From contig URIZ01000009.1 of the NCBI GenBank assembly GCA_900548005.1, positions 2,130-66,129 on the forward strand: a DNA stretch of 64,000 nucleotides, read 5' to 3'. Made by a program: the position numbers and the translations under genes. This stretch comes from an uncultured Eubacteriales bacterium (GTDB taxonomy: Bacteria > Bacillota > Clostridia > Christensenellales > CAG-917). This document shows, piece by piece, positions 29,320 through 39,977 of the stretch (the first letter of the stretch is position 1; every line of letters starts with the position of its first letter). The notes under the pieces were generated by a model. It saw only the letters and a list, made by a program, of their open reading frames with translations. It did not search any database and was not told where the DNA came from.

Positions 29320-29514
29320 AAAGACCTGCCGAATTTGTTGCTATGCACATTTTACTACACATCGAAAGATAAATCAACTATGCCGCGCCTTCGCGTCGAC
29401 TTTTGCCGCATGCAATTTCCGTCCGAGAAAAATATATCCTTCAAAAAAGCAAACAACAATTGACATCAACACGATAAGTGTATTATTATATATGTATAAG
29501 AAGGAAGTATAGAT

Positions 29515-29727
29515 ATGTTGCACAGTTGTTTCCCCGAAAGATTGAAATCTCTGCGTCAAGAGAAAAACATGCTCCAACAAGACCTTGCGGAGCATCTCAA
29601 AGTGTCAAAATCCACCATTTCCGGCTGGGAAGTCGGAAGAAATCAGCCCGACTACGACACCTTGATCGAGCTTAGTATTTTCTTTGGCGTGTCGGTGGAC
29701 TATCTCATAGGTCGCCGCAACTACTGA
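29515..29727 (+). CDS. XRE family helix-turn-helix transcriptional regulator
   Basis: 70 aa; LQQDLAEHLKVSKSTISGWEVGRNQP. Confidence 0.75.
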   Translation: MLHSCFPERLKSLRQEKNMLQQDLAEHLKVSKSTISGWEVGRNQPDYDTLIELSIFFGVSVDYLIGRRNY

Positions 29728-29931
29728 CAAAAACACGAATCGCGGAGCGAGTCTCCGCTTTTATTTTGCCATTTTTTTCACGGACAGCACCCTATCGGCG
29801 GTGAAAAATTGCAAAATATCTTGCAACAACAATCACATATCAACGAAAAACGCAGTCATCGACTGCGTTTTTTGTTTTTTTTGTGTTGCTTTTTGTTGGC
29901 AATACGGTTTTTTCATTATATCCGTTGTTTT

Positions 29932-32736
29932 TCACTTCAAGATGTCTTTCAAGAATTGCCCCGTATAGCTCTTCTTCACTTTTGCCACTTCTTCGGGAGT
30001 TCCGCTTGCCACGATCGTGCCGCCCTTGTCGCCGCCGTCCGGACCGAGATCCACAATGTAGTCGGCAACTTTGACAACGTCGAGATTATGCTCTATGACA
30101 ACAACGGTGTTGCCCTGTTCGACAAGCCTGTCGAGAATGGTGACGAGTTTTGCAACGTCATGGGTGTGAAGTCCCGTTGTAGGCTCGTCAAGAATATAGA
30201 CGGTTTTGCCTGTCGAACGGCGCGAAAGCTCGGTCGCGAGCTTGACGCGTTGCGCCTCGCCGCCGCTCAAAGTGGTGGATGATTGCCCAAGTTTGACATA
30301 TCCCAATCCAACGTCGTTGAGCGTCTTGATTTTGTTCTTGATTTTGGGGATATTTGCAAAAAATTCGGTGGCTTCTTCGATGGTCATATCAAGCACTTCG
30401 CTGATATTCTTGCCTTTGTAGCGCACTTCGAGCGTTTCGCGGTTGTATCTTGCGCCCTTGCACACTTCACACGGCACGTAGATGTCGGGCAAGAAGTGCA
30501 TCTCGATCTTGATTATGCCGTCGCCGCCGCAATGCTCGCATCGTCCGCCGTTGACGTTGAAGGAGAATCTGCCTGCGGTGTACCCCCTTGCCTTCGAGTC
30601 GGGAAGCGTGGCAAACAGCTCTCTGATATCTCCGAAAACGCCCGTGTACGTTGCGGGGTTGGAGCGCGGAGTTCTGCCAATCGGGCTTTGGTCTATGCAG
30701 ATGACCTTGTCCACGTTCTCTATGCCTTCGATAGAGTCGAAATTGCCGAGCGTATTTCTTGCACGCATGAGCGAATTGGAGAGCGCGGGATAGAGCACTT
30801 CGTTGACAAAGGACGATTTGCCGCTGCCCGACACACCCGTGACGCACGTGAATGCGCCAAGCGGAATGCTCACGTCGATATTTTTCAAGTTGTTTTGTTT
30901 TGCGCCCTTGACGGTGATGTAGTTGCCGTTGCCCTGCCGTCTTGCGATAGGCACTGGGATTGAAAGCTCGCCGCTGAGATATTTGCCGGTTATGCTGTCC
31001 TTTTGTGCAATGATATCGTCAACCGAGCCGCACGCCACGACCTTGCCGCCGTGTATGCCTGCGCCCACGCCGATGTCCACGATGTAGTCCGCATTGCGAA
31101 TGGTCTCCTCGTCATGCTCGACAACGATGAGCGTATTACCCAAATCTCGCAAGTTTTTGAGAGATTGCAAAAGCCGTTGATTGTCCTTTTGGTGCAATCC
31201 GATGCTCGGCTCGTCAAGGATGTACAGCACGCCCGTAAGTCCGCTGCCTATTTGCGTTGCAAGGCGGATACGTTGCGATTCGCCGCCGCTGAGCGTTGCC
31301 GCCGAGCGTGACAGCGTGAGATAATCAAGCCCCACGTTGATGAGAAAATCAAGGCGCGCGCATATCTCTTTGACGATTCTGTCCGCAATCAGATGTTGGG
31401 TGTGCGTGAGCGAAAGTCCGCCCATAAACTCTTTGAGTTTTGCAACCGACATCTCGGTGAGTTCAAATATATTCTTGCCGTTGACCGTCACGGCGAGAGC
31501 CTCGGGTTTTAGACGTTTTCCGCCGCACTTTGAGCAAGGCACTTCCTTCATATACTTGGAGATCTCGTTTTTGACCATCTCGCTGTCGGTGTCGTTGTAG
31601 CGGCGCATAAGGTTTTTGGCAACGCCCTCATAGCTTGCGTGATAGAAGCCGCTGAACGCGCGCGAATTGTATTCCATGGGTATGCGATCGCCGTCGTTGC
31701 CGTAGAAAATTATGTCGAGTATGTTTTGCGGCAAGTCTTTTAGGGGCGTATCCATGGAAAAGCCGTATGCTTGCGACAGAGCGCGGAATTGCATTTGCGA
31801 CATGTGTCCCGCATCCCAACCGCTCACTTTGATTGCGCCGTCTTTGAGAGATTTGTTCCAATCGGTGACAAGCAAATTGACGTCGATTTCGTTGCGGAAA
31901 CCAAGCCCGCCGCACTCGGGGCATGCGCCGTACGGGTTGTTGAAAGAGAAAAGTCTCGGAGTCAACTCTTCAAAAGACAACTCGCAATCGGGGCAGGCAT
32001 ACTTTGTGGAATACAACACTTCTTCGCCGTCAAAATCGGCAATAACAAGCCCTTCCGAGAGCTTGATTGCGTTTTCGATTGCATCCGAGATACGTCTTTG
32101 CGCGCCGTCCTTGACAACGATACGGTCGATGACAACGCTTATGGTGTGCTTGATGTTTTTGTCAAGCGCAATCTCCTCGTCAAGCGTGTAGTTCACCCCG
32201 TCCACGCGCACGCGCACGTAGCCCGCGCGTTTAAGTTGTTCAAGCTCTTTGCGATACTCGCCCTTTCTTCCGCGAACGATGGGAGCAAGCAATTGCAGTT
32301 TTGCCCCTTCTCGCTCCATGATTTTGTCGCATATCTGATCCACCGTCTGACGATCAATCTCTCTGCCGCATTTCGGGCAATGGGGAGTGCCGACTCTTGC
32401 AAACAAAAGCCTCAAATAGTCATAGATTTCCGTCACCGTACCCACTGTGGAACGAGGATTGTGCGAAGTGGTTTTTTGATCGATGGACACAGCAGGAGAC
32501 AACCCCTCGATGTAGTCCACGTCGGGTTTTTGCATCTGCCCCAAAAACATACGCGCATAGCTTGAAAGACTCTCGACATACCGTCTTTGTCCTTCCGCAA
32601 AAATGGTGTCAAAAGCAAGCGACGATTTGCCGCTGCCCGACAAGCCCGTAAACACAACCAGTTTGTCGCGCGGGATCTCCACGTCGATGTTTTTGAGATT
32701 GTTCTCTCTTGCGCCCTTAACAAAAATTTTGTCCAT
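29932..32736 (-). CDS. uvrA: excinuclease ABC subunit A
   Basis: 934 aa with duplicated ABC ATPase modules and zinc-finger CxxC pairs. N-terminal [37 protein letters not shown]. Confidence 0.97.
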   Translation of the reverse strand: MDKIFVKGARENNLKNIDVEIPRDKLVVFTGLSGSGKSSLAFDTIFAEGQRRYVESLSSYARMFLGQMQKPDVDYIEGLSPAVSIDQKTTSHNPRSTVGTVTEIYDYLRLLFARVGTPHCPKCGREIDRQTVDQICDKIMEREGAKLQLLAPIVRGRKGEYRKELEQLKRAGYVRVRVDGVNYTLDEEIALDKNIKHTISVVIDRIVVKDGAQRRISDAIENAIKLSEGLVIADFDGEEVLYSTKYACPDCELSFEELTPRLFSFNNPYGACPECGGLGFRNEIDVNLLVTDWNKSLKDGAIKVSGWDAGHMSQMQFRALSQAYGFSMDTPLKDLPQNILDIIFYGNDGDRIPMEYNSRAFSGFYHASYEGVAKNLMRRYNDTDSEMVKNEISKYMKEVPCSKCGGKRLKPEALAVTVNGKNIFELTEMSVAKLKEFMGGLSLTHTQHLIADRIVKEICARLDFLINVGLDYLTLSRSAATLSGGESQRIRLATQIGSGLTGVLYILDEPSIGLHQKDNQRLLQSLKNLRDLGNTLIVVEHDEETIRNADYIVDIGVGAGIHGGKVVACGSVDDIIAQKDSITGKYLSGELSIPVPIARRQGNGNYITVKGAKQNNLKNIDVSIPLGAFTCVTGVSGSGKSSFVNEVLYPALSNSLMRARNTLGNFDSIEGIENVDKVICIDQSPIGRTPRSNPATYTGVFGDIRELFATLPDSKARGYTAGRFSFNVNGGRCEHCGGDGIIKIEMHFLPDIYVPCEVCKGARYNRETLEVRYKGKNISEVLDMTIEEATEFFANIPKIKNKIKTLNDVGLGYVKLGQSSTTLSGGEAQRVKLATELSRRSTGKTVYILDEPTTGLHTHDVAKLVTILDRLVEQGNTVVVIEHNLDVVKVADYIVDLGPDGGDKGGTIVASGTPEEVAKVKKSYTGQFLKDILK

Positions 32737-32798
32737 ACTTTATCTTCTTGTTTTTCTATATGATAAGTCTTTGTATTTTTAGATTTTTATTACGCCTG

Positions 32799-34754
32799 TC
32801 AGCTCAATTTTTTGATTTGTTTTTTCAGCTCGTTCATCTCGTCACGCAGTGCGATTGCCTTTTCAAAATCAAGTCTTTCGGCGGCGACAGACATAAGCCC
32901 TTTCAAGCGTTCAATCTCACGAAGCATATCTTTAACGCTCAAATTGTCCTTCTTAACGTCCTTTTTGGTGATTTCAAGCGAATTCTTGATTGTGCTCACA
33001 ACCGTCTTTGGCACTATGCCGTGCGCCTTGTTGTACTCGTCTTGTATCTTGCGGCGGCGCATTGTTTCGTCATAGGCTCTTTGCATGCTTTGCGTCATTG
33101 TGTCCGCATACATCACCACTCTGCCTTTGTCGTTTCTTGCGGCTCTGCCTATCGTCTGAATGAGCGCGGATTCGCTTCTCAAAAAGCCTTCCTTGTCCGC
33201 GTCGAGAATCGCAACGAGTTGCACTTCGGGAAGGTCAAGACCTTCTCTCAACAGGTTGATGCCCACAAGCACGTCAAAGTCGCCTTCTCTAAGTCCGCGC
33301 ACGATGTCGATACGCTCGAGCGTGTCTATATCCGAGTGCATATAGCGCACCTTTATGCCCACTTCTTTGAGATAGTCGGTGAGATTTTCCGCCATCTTTT
33401 TGGTGAGCGTGGTCACAAGCACTCTGCCCTTGTTTTTCACCACTTTGTTGATCTCGCCGATAAGATCGTCAATCTGTCCTTCTATGGGCTTGATCTCTAT
33501 CTCGGGATCGAGAAGTCCCGTCGGCCTTATAATTTGCTCCGCCACCAAATCGGCTCTGTCAAGCTCATACTGCGCCGGCGTTGCGGACATGCACACGACT
33601 TGGCGTATGCGCGCGTCAAATTCTTCAAATCGGAGCGGGCGGTTGTCGTAGGCTGACGGAAGACGGAATCCGTATTCCACAAGGTTGTCCTTTCTTGCCC
33701 TATCGCCGTTGTACATGGCTCTGATTTGCGGAATGGTCATGTGGCTCTCGTCAATGAACGTGACAAAATCCTTGCCGAAAAAGTCAAGCAACGTGTAGGG
33801 AGCTTGCCCGGGCTGTCTGCCGTCAAAATAGCGAGAATAGTTCTCTATGCCGCTGCAATAGCCCACTTCCCGTATCATCTCCACGTCATAGTTGACTCTC
33901 TCTTCTATGCGCTGAGCCTCGATGAGTTTGCCCCTTTCTTCAAAGTATTTGACTTGGTCGGCTTTGTCCAACAATATGCGTTTCAGCACTTCTTCCTTGT
34001 CGCCGCTGATGACGTATTGCGTGGCAGGGAAAATGAGCGTGTGTTTCAGCTCGTTGATGACTTTGCTTGTCACCGCGTCTATCTCGCAAATGCGATCCAC
34101 GGTGTCGCCAAACATCTCCACGCGCACCGCCACTTCGCTTGACGTTGACGGAAAAATATCTATCGTGTCGCCGCGCATACGGAAGGTGGAACGCACAAAA
34201 TCCACGTCCGCGCGCTTGTATTGCACGTCCACAAGCCGCCTTGCAAGCTCGTCACGGTCGATTTCGTCCCCTTCTCGCAAAGAGATCGCACTCTCAAAAT
34301 AGTCTGTGGGCGCACCCAAGCCGTAGATGCAAGACACACTGGCGACCACGATCGTGTCCTTTCTCTCGCAAAGGGACGCAGTGGCGGAGTTGCGCAACTT
34401 GTCAATCTCCTCGTTGACGGCAAGGTCTTTTTCTATATAGGTGTCCGTGCGCGGAATGTACGCCTCGGGCTGATAGTAGTCGTAATAGGAAACGAAAAAC
34501 TCAACTCTGTTCTTCGGGAAAAACTCGCGAAGTTCGTTGCAAAGTTGAGCGGCAAGAGTCTTGTTGTGCGCGATGACAAGGGTGGGTTTTTGGATTTGGG
34601 CAATAATATTTGCCATAGTAAAAGTTTTGCCCGAGCCGGTGACGCCAAGCAAAACTTCCGTGTTGAAACCGTCTTTCAATCCTTCGACGATTTTTCTTAT
34701 AGCCTCGGGTTGATCCCCCGTTGGTTTGTACTTGCTGACAAGTTCAAATTCCAT
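32799..34754 (-). CDS. uvrB: excinuclease ABC subunit B
   Basis: 651 aa; [13 protein letters not shown] Walker A, helicase motifs and C-terminal UVR domain. Confidence 0.97.
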   Translation of the reverse strand: MEFELVSKYKPTGDQPEAIRKIVEGLKDGFNTEVLLGVTGSGKTFTMANIIAQIQKPTLVIAHNKTLAAQLCNELREFFPKNRVEFFVSYYDYYQPEAYIPRTDTYIEKDLAVNEEIDKLRNSATASLCERKDTIVVASVSCIYGLGAPTDYFESAISLREGDEIDRDELARRLVDVQYKRADVDFVRSTFRMRGDTIDIFPSTSSEVAVRVEMFGDTVDRICEIDAVTSKVINELKHTLIFPATQYVISGDKEEVLKRILLDKADQVKYFEERGKLIEAQRIEERVNYDVEMIREVGYCSGIENYSRYFDGRQPGQAPYTLLDFFGKDFVTFIDESHMTIPQIRAMYNGDRARKDNLVEYGFRLPSAYDNRPLRFEEFDARIRQVVCMSATPAQYELDRADLVAEQIIRPTGLLDPEIEIKPIEGQIDDLIGEINKVVKNKGRVLVTTLTKKMAENLTDYLKEVGIKVRYMHSDIDTLERIDIVRGLREGDFDVLVGINLLREGLDLPEVQLVAILDADKEGFLRSESALIQTIGRAARNDKGRVVMYADTMTQSMQRAYDETMRRRKIQDEYNKAHGIVPKTVVSTIKNSLEITKKDVKKDNLSVKDMLREIERLKGLMSVAAERLDFEKAIALRDEMNELKKQIKKLS

Positions 34755-35158
34755 TATTTCGTTATCAATTTCACAAGCGCCCTTATACCGACGCCGATGA
34801 GCGCGGTCACAACGCTAAGCCCCAAAGTGAGCGCGATTTTGAGCGCGAGATTGGACTTGAACGCATGCTCCACGCGAGCAAATTGCAAGCCCTTTTTCTG
34901 CATGTTGATGCAATAGACAAGCTCGCCTTTTTTGTCCGAGCGTATCACGTCAAAATATTCGTCTATTTCAAGATTGCGCAACGTCTGGTCAAGCTCGTTT
35001 TCTTCAAAAGGTATGTCAAGGGGGATCTTTTCGAGAATGTCAATAGGCGAAAGCAGGCAAGACCCGTTTTGTCTTTCCGCTTCCTGATACACGATTCTCA
35101 TGACCGCCTTTTCCTTTTTCGTCAACACGTGCTGACGATCGATTTGCACCGTTGCCAT
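34754..35158 (-). CDS. small winged-helix-like protein with a C-terminal TM anchor
   Basis: ATG 35158 is preceded by GGAGA. The stop overlaps the uvrB ATG (TAATG). The C-terminal ~35 aa are hydrophobic. Confidence 0.5.
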   Translation of the reverse strand: MATVQIDRQHVLTKKEKAVMRIVYQEAERQNGSCLLSPIDILEKIPLDIPFEENELDQTLRNLEIDEYFDVIRSDKKGELVYCINMQKKGLQFARVEHAFKSNLALKIALTLGLSVVTALIGVGIRALVKLITK

Positions 35159-35262
35159 ACTTCTCCACAATGCGACTTTGCACGCATGCGCAAAGCCAAA
35201 ATCATATCATTTTTCACACAAAAGCCACTTTATACCGTGTTTTGCGTGTCATAAACATCGTT

Positions 35263-35712
35263 TTATGCCATTATGACAAATTTTATGATAAGCGCAGTGA
35301 TTGTCGCCACAATGCCGCTGCCCACAAACGCGCCAAGGAACGATGCAAAGAACACACCCACCTTGCTCGCCGCTTTTTGCAACTTGTCGTCACTGTCTTT
35401 CTTCTTTGCCTTTGGCTCTTTTTGAGCTTGCTCGGGCTGCTCTTGCACGACTTCCGCCTGTTGCATCTTTGCCCTTTCGTCAATGCGCTTGACAACCAAA
35501 AGGCAATATTCGTCAGGCGTGAAATACTTGACGGTGATGTATTCTCTGTCTTTAAGCTCGCGGATAATAGCAGACAATTGCACCTTTGTCAGAGCAATTT
35601 CTTTGGGCATTTTGTCGATGATTTCATCGGCTTCGACAATCTTATACACGTCGTTTTCGCCCGCAATGGAGCGAATGACGTCATACACCGTTTGACATTC
35701 GAGATTGAGCAT
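35263..35712 (-). CDS. small winged-helix-like protein with a C-terminal TM anchor (same architecture as 34754..35158)
   Basis: ATG 35712 is preceded by AAGGAGA. Layout: N-terminal domain, charged linker, C-terminal TM. Confidence 0.5.
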   Translation of the reverse strand: MLNLECQTVYDVIRSIAGENDVYKIVEADEIIDKMPKEIALTKVQLSAIIRELKDREYITVKYFTPDEYCLLVVKRIDERAKMQQAEVVQEQPEQAQKEPKAKKKDSDDKLQKAASKVGVFFASFLGAFVGSGIVATITALIIKFVIMA

Positions 35713-35835
35713 AACCGTCTCCTTATTGTTTCTAAAATAATAACATATTATAATAAATATAGCAATATTTTTTTGGACTCTCAACGGAATTATTGATTTT
35801 GAATAATGATGTAAAATTTGTTAAAAAACGTATAG

Positions 35836-36305
35836 TGCGGCACTTATACACACACTCTGCCTATTCGGAGTGTACTTATAAACGGACTGTGTAGCTTAAA
35901 AGACGGAACACGAGCCGCAAGGCGGCGAGCAAATCGAGCGTCGGACTTGACGGTTGTACGAGAATGCGTGGCGTTCTGTTGCGTAGCTGCCACGCAGGCG
36001 AAGTGGCACAATAAGAGAAATGGCGTAAGTTATGTCTCGACCGAGTGTTGTCCCCCGCTACGCGGTCACCGTGGGTTCCCTTTCAGGGGGAACGGTGATA
36101 GGGAAAACACCTGAGGAAAGGGGAAAGTTGCATTTAGAGTTTCAAACACTCACCCTTGTAGAGATAAAAAACAAAGCAAAAACTTATCGGGCGAAAAGAA
36201 GATTGCGCCTTGCGGCTGGATGTTTCGACAAGCTCAACATGACAATATAGAAAAATTTGTCATTTGCGCCCGTAATATCACTCATTTTAGTGTGCAAGCA
36301 GTGCC
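35836..36305. ncRNA. candidate large structured RNA or cargo segment of unknown class
   Basis: About 470 nt with no convincing ORF and many local perfect helices (TGCGTGGC/GCCACGCA, TCACCGT/ACGGTGA, GCCG/CGGC, CACTC/GAGTG). Closed by GGCACT(35839)/AGTGCC(36300) and CACACT(35851)/AGTGTG(36289). Confidence 0.3.
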
Positions 36306-36457
36306 TGACGCAGTTCGCCAACACTTCTATGATGACCGCGCCAAACGGATGAATAACAAGAAAGGCACTGTTTGAACCAAAACCCAACGTACTGAACGTA
36401 CGTGATTTTGGAGCAAGCAGTGCCTGACGAAGTTAGTCGCCGTTTGGCGCGGTCATC
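36293..36457 (-). repeat. hairpin element copy (subtype B) abutting the lysC stop codon, plus an upstream partial right arm
   Basis: 18-bp perfect inverted repeat 36331-36348 / 36440-36457 encloses AGGCACTG...AAAACCCAACGTAC-TGAAC-GTACGTGATTTTGG...CAGTGCCT. A 17-nt direct repeat lies at 36294-36310 = 36413-36429. Confidence 0.75.
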
Positions 36458-37757
36458 GGAAGGCGTTGTAAATGGAATTGATCGCCTTCTCATAATCAAA
36501 AGTGTCTACACCCACGATTATGTTCAGCTCCGATGAGCCTTGGTCGATCATGCGAACGTTGACGTTGTTTGCGGCAAGAGCGGAAAAGAGCGTGGCAGCC
36601 GTACCAAGACGAGATGCCATGTTGTGTCCGACGGTTGCGATGAGAGAAAGTCCGCTGTGGATCTCGATGTTGTCGGCGTTGATGGACTCTTGCAAGGAAG
36701 CAAGCACTTTTTGCATTTTGCCGGCGATGTACTCGTCACGGATGACAACGGAAAGCGTGTCTATGCCGCTGGGGACATGCTCGAAAGATATGCCTTCAAA
36801 CTCAAGCACGGAAAGCACTTTTCTGCCAAAACCGATCTCGGAGTTCATCATATCTTTTTCAACGTTGATGATTGTAAAGCCCTTTTTGCCGGCGATGCCC
36901 GTGATGACCTTGTTGTTTTTGGGCAAATCCTTTTCGGACACGATCATAGTGCCGGGGTGGGACGGGTTGAAAGTGTTTTTGATGTTTATGGGGATACCCA
37001 CGCTGCGAACGGGAAAAATGGACTCCGGGTGCAAGACTTCCGCGCCCATATAGGCAAGCTCTCTCAATTCTCGATAGCTCAAAAAGTCGATGATTTCGGG
37101 ATTGTCAACGATGCGCGGATCGGCGGTGAGAAATCCGTCAACGTCCGTCCAGTTTTCATAGATATCCGCGCCTATCGCGCGAGCAACGAGCGCGCCCGTG
37201 ATGTCCGAGCCGCCGCGAGAAAACGTGGTGATTTCCCCGTTTTGATTGCTGCCGTAAAAGCCGGGAATGACCGCCCTTTCAACGTTTTCAAGACGCTTTT
37301 TGATAAGGTCGAGCGAATAGTGCATTTGCAGTTTTTCGCCGTTGAATTTGACTATATCCGCCGTGTCGATAAACTCGTATCCGAGCTTTTTTGCAAGCAC
37401 GATTGCCGAGAGATACTCTCCCCTTGACGCCGCATAGTCCGCGGTTTTGCTTGCATCTATGCCTGCCTTGACTTTGTCAAGCACAGAGTCGATGTCAAGG
37501 TCAATGCCAAGCTCGAAGACGATGTCTTCAAAGCGTTTTCGCACCACCTTGAAGGTTTCGTCACAGTTGCCTTTTTCCATACGCTCGGAAAAGCATGCGT
37601 ACAAAGCGTCGGTGACTTTGACGTCCGCCTTGTTGCGCTTGCCGGGCGCGGACACAACGATGTATCGCCTGTCCTTGTCTTGATTTATGATGTCCACAAC
37701 GCGCGATATAGTGTCGCCGTTCGCCATGGACGTTCCGCCGAATTTACAAACTTTCAT
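36453..37757 (-). CDS. lysC: aspartate kinase
   Basis: KFGGTSMANG start motif, amino-acid kinase domain and C-terminal ACT pair. Start uncertain (37757 or 37775). Confidence 0.9.
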   Translation of the reverse strand: MKVCKFGGTSMANGDTISRVVDIINQDKDRRYIVVSAPGKRNKADVKVTDALYACFSERMEKGNCDETFKVVRKRFEDIVFELGIDLDIDSVLDKVKAGIDASKTADYAASRGEYLSAIVLAKKLGYEFIDTADIVKFNGEKLQMHYSLDLIKKRLENVERAVIPGFYGSNQNGEITTFSRGGSDITGALVARAIGADIYENWTDVDGFLTADPRIVDNPEIIDFLSYRELRELAYMGAEVLHPESIFPVRSVGIPINIKNTFNPSHPGTMIVSEKDLPKNNKVITGIAGKKGFTIINVEKDMMNSEIGFGRKVLSVLEFEGISFEHVPSGIDTLSVVIRDEYIAGKMQKVLASLQESINADNIEIHSGLSLIATVGHNMASRLGTAATLFSALAANNVNVRMIDQGSSELNIIVGVDTFDYEKAINSIYNAFR

Positions 37758-37801
37758 ATTTTGCCTTTTCGCCATTATATGCGGTCAACACAAAGCGTGA
37801 C

Positions 37802-39022
37802 TCACTTGATGAGTTTTGCCTCGTAGTAGTATCTCTTCTCTTCCGCCTCGCCCATGGAGAACGCTTTTCTGCAAAGAGTGCCGTTTTCAAGCACGTAGCC
37901 GAACAATTCTTCCTTCTTGATCTTGGGCATGACGATTGCAACGCCGTCATTGTCTTTTGCAACGCTTTGAAGGTGCTCTATGCCGTGAATGTAGTCCACC
38001 TTGCAATCGGCGTGATTTTGCAGATATTGGTCGATTGCGCCTTGAATGTCCTTGATTGCCTTTGCGCCGTTTGCATCGACAAAGATCTCTCTTTCGCCGT
38101 CTTTTGAAAACAGTTTGACGGATTGAGTGCCGTGCAAAGCGTGCGCAAGGTAGTCGCAAAAATCGCTGCCTACACCAAACACAAAGCGGTGTATCGGCTC
38201 AAAAACTATGCCGTCGTCGTGCAGGTTTTCTATCTCGCAAAGTGCAAATCTGGCAGGATGAACTGCCTTTTGTGCATCGCTCAACCCTTGTTTTGTGCGA
38301 TTCCAGTGCGCCTGAGCGGTTGCAAGAGAGTGGTTGCCGTCCCCCACTGCAAAGATAAAATCGTTGCTGTCGTTGCCATAGAGATTTTGCACGGATTGAT
38401 AATATTTTTCAAACGCATCGACAACCCTATCGGCGTCTATGCGATAGCCTTCGAGATGTCCGCCACCCATATTCAAATCGAAATCATAGATTTTTTCAAG
38501 TCCGTCGCGTTTTGCCCACAGCCCTTCGACAACGCTCTTTTTGCGATCGTCTATGAGCAACATGATGTGCGGCAATTCAAGCGGAGCGTTCTCGCGGATT
38601 GCAAGTCTTGGCGGTATTCTGTCAAGCACCACTCCTTCGGTGGAGCGGATAAACGCATGGGACGGATGTGTGAAACAATAGTCTTCAAGGTCTATCGCGC
38701 ACACAACGCCGAGGCGAGATACGCCGCTTGCGGTTGTGCGTTTCATCACCACGCAACTGTTTTCGAGAGTGCGAAACACGCCGCCCTTCAAATATTCGCT
38801 CATGGTCGCGTTGATTTTCTCTATGCGTTGTTGCTTGTCGCCGTCTTCGAGATACACTTCGGGAAAGACGAGCTTGAGCGTGCTGGGCGCGTCACCCACA
38901 AAATCTTCGAGCTTTTTCCAATATCCGCGCTCGGAAGTGAATTGGTCGCACGCAACCACCGACCATTTTTGGTCATCGCAATCTTTGGTTACAAGTATAT
39001 TTGCAGGTCTAATGGTGTTCAT
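37802..39022 (-). CDS. DUF1015 family protein
   Basis: 406 aa with the overall pattern recalled for DUF1015 (N-terminal IRPANILV...CDQFTS). Its ATG overlaps the cdaA stop (TGATG). Confidence 0.7.
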   Translation of the reverse strand: MNTIRPANILVTKDCDDQKWSVVACDQFTSERGYWKKLEDFVGDAPSTLKLVFPEVYLEDGDKQQRIEKINATMSEYLKGGVFRTLENSCVVMKRTTASGVSRLGVVCAIDLEDYCFTHPSHAFIRSTEGVVLDRIPPRLAIRENAPLELPHIMLLIDDRKKSVVEGLWAKRDGLEKIYDFDLNMGGGHLEGYRIDADRVVDAFEKYYQSVQNLYGNDSNDFIFAVGDGNHSLATAQAHWNRTKQGLSDAQKAVHPARFALCEIENLHDDGIVFEPIHRFVFGVGSDFCDYLAHALHGTQSVKLFSKDGEREIFVDANGAKAIKDIQGAIDQYLQNHADCKVDYIHGIEHLQSVAKDNDGVAIVMPKIKKEELFGYVLENGTLCRKAFSMGEAEEKRYYYEAKLIK

Positions 39023-39900
39023 CAGTCAAATCTCCCGTTCTTTCGTATTTTGCTTGCAAACTTGTTTCTCTTGCGACCTTGATGCGCCTCTCTGAGCGCG
39101 ATTGCCGTTGGAGAAATGCCGTATGCTTCTTCTATCTCGTCTTTGAGCTTGTCCATGGTCATATAGCGTTTGATTTCGCCGTGTTTGACAACTGAGATGA
39201 TGCCCGTCTCTTCACTCACGACAATGGACAAAACGTCCGTATCTTCGGTGATGCCGATAGCCGCGCGGTGACGAGTGCCCATCTCTTTGTTGACGTTGCG
39301 TTGAGTGAGCGTCAAAAAGCAGCCGGCTGCAATGATCTTGTTGCCGCGCACGATGACCGCGCCGTCGTGAAGGGGTGCTTTTGTGTTGAATATACTCTCA
39401 AAAAGCGGAGCAGACAACGTGGCGTTGAGCCTTGTGCCGGTGTCAAGGATGTTGTCGTGGATGTCGCCTGCGCTGTCGATGATGATGATTGCGCCAACGT
39501 CCTGCTTTGCCATATCCTGACAAGCGGTGAGGATCTCCGCCGTTGCATCCCTAAGCTCGTCGTCGCTGTTGTGCGTCTCAAAGCCCTTTGCGGTGGAAAC
39601 TTTTTGGAAGATGTTCTTCAAATCGTTTTGGTACACAACGCAGCTTGCCACGATGTCGAATATCACGACAAGATGCATCACGTATTTCGAGATTGCAAGA
39701 ATCTCTCCCCCCATGATCTCGGAAAGCACGTTGACAAGCACTTCGAGTATTCCGCCAAGAAGAAGAAGGAAGAACACTTTCATGTTGCGCTTGTAGATGA
39801 AAAAGCTCAACAGAATCGCGAACACGGTGATGATAATCACCATATCGATGATGAAATAGAGATTGATCCCTTTTGCGTATTGGGCAAAATTGTACGACAT
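39022..39900 (-). CDS. cdaA: diadenylate cyclase CdaA
   Basis: Three N-terminal TMs and a DAC domain with DGAVIV, GTRHRAA and SEETG motifs. Confidence 0.9.
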   Translation of the reverse strand: MSYNFAQYAKGINLYFIIDMVIIITVFAILLSFFIYKRNMKVFFLLLLGGILEVLVNVLSEIMGGEILAISKYVMHLVVIFDIVASCVVYQNDLKNIFQKVSTAKGFETHNSDDELRDATAEILTACQDMAKQDVGAIIIIDSAGDIHDNILDTGTRLNATLSAPLFESIFNTKAPLHDGAVIVRGNKIIAAGCFLTLTQRNVNKEMGTRHRAAIGITEDTDVLSIVVSEETGIISVVKHGEIKRYMTMDKLKDEIEEAYGISPTAIALREAHQGRKRNKFASKIRKNGRFD

Positions 39901-39977
39901 ATTTCTCTCCGCGCCGATAAATCGGCATTGTAATTTTGATTGTTCGGCGGCAATACGCAGGGCGTGCCGCCACTCAA

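Noticed and set aside
36032-36250. 72-aa ORF inside the structured segment
   Set aside because: It has no RBS, an arbitrary composition, and spans predicted helices. No family resemblance.
35836-36305. ORF-less group II intron (the segment begins GTGCG), RNase P RNA (GAGGAAAG), or a lysine riboswitch because lysC is adjacent
   Set aside because: I found no 34-nt domain V with a GNRA loop, no RT and no 3' AY context. GAGGAAAG is followed by GGGAAAG, not GUCC, and the other RNase P conserved regions are absent. The segment is downstream of lysC, not upstream, and lacks L-box motifs.
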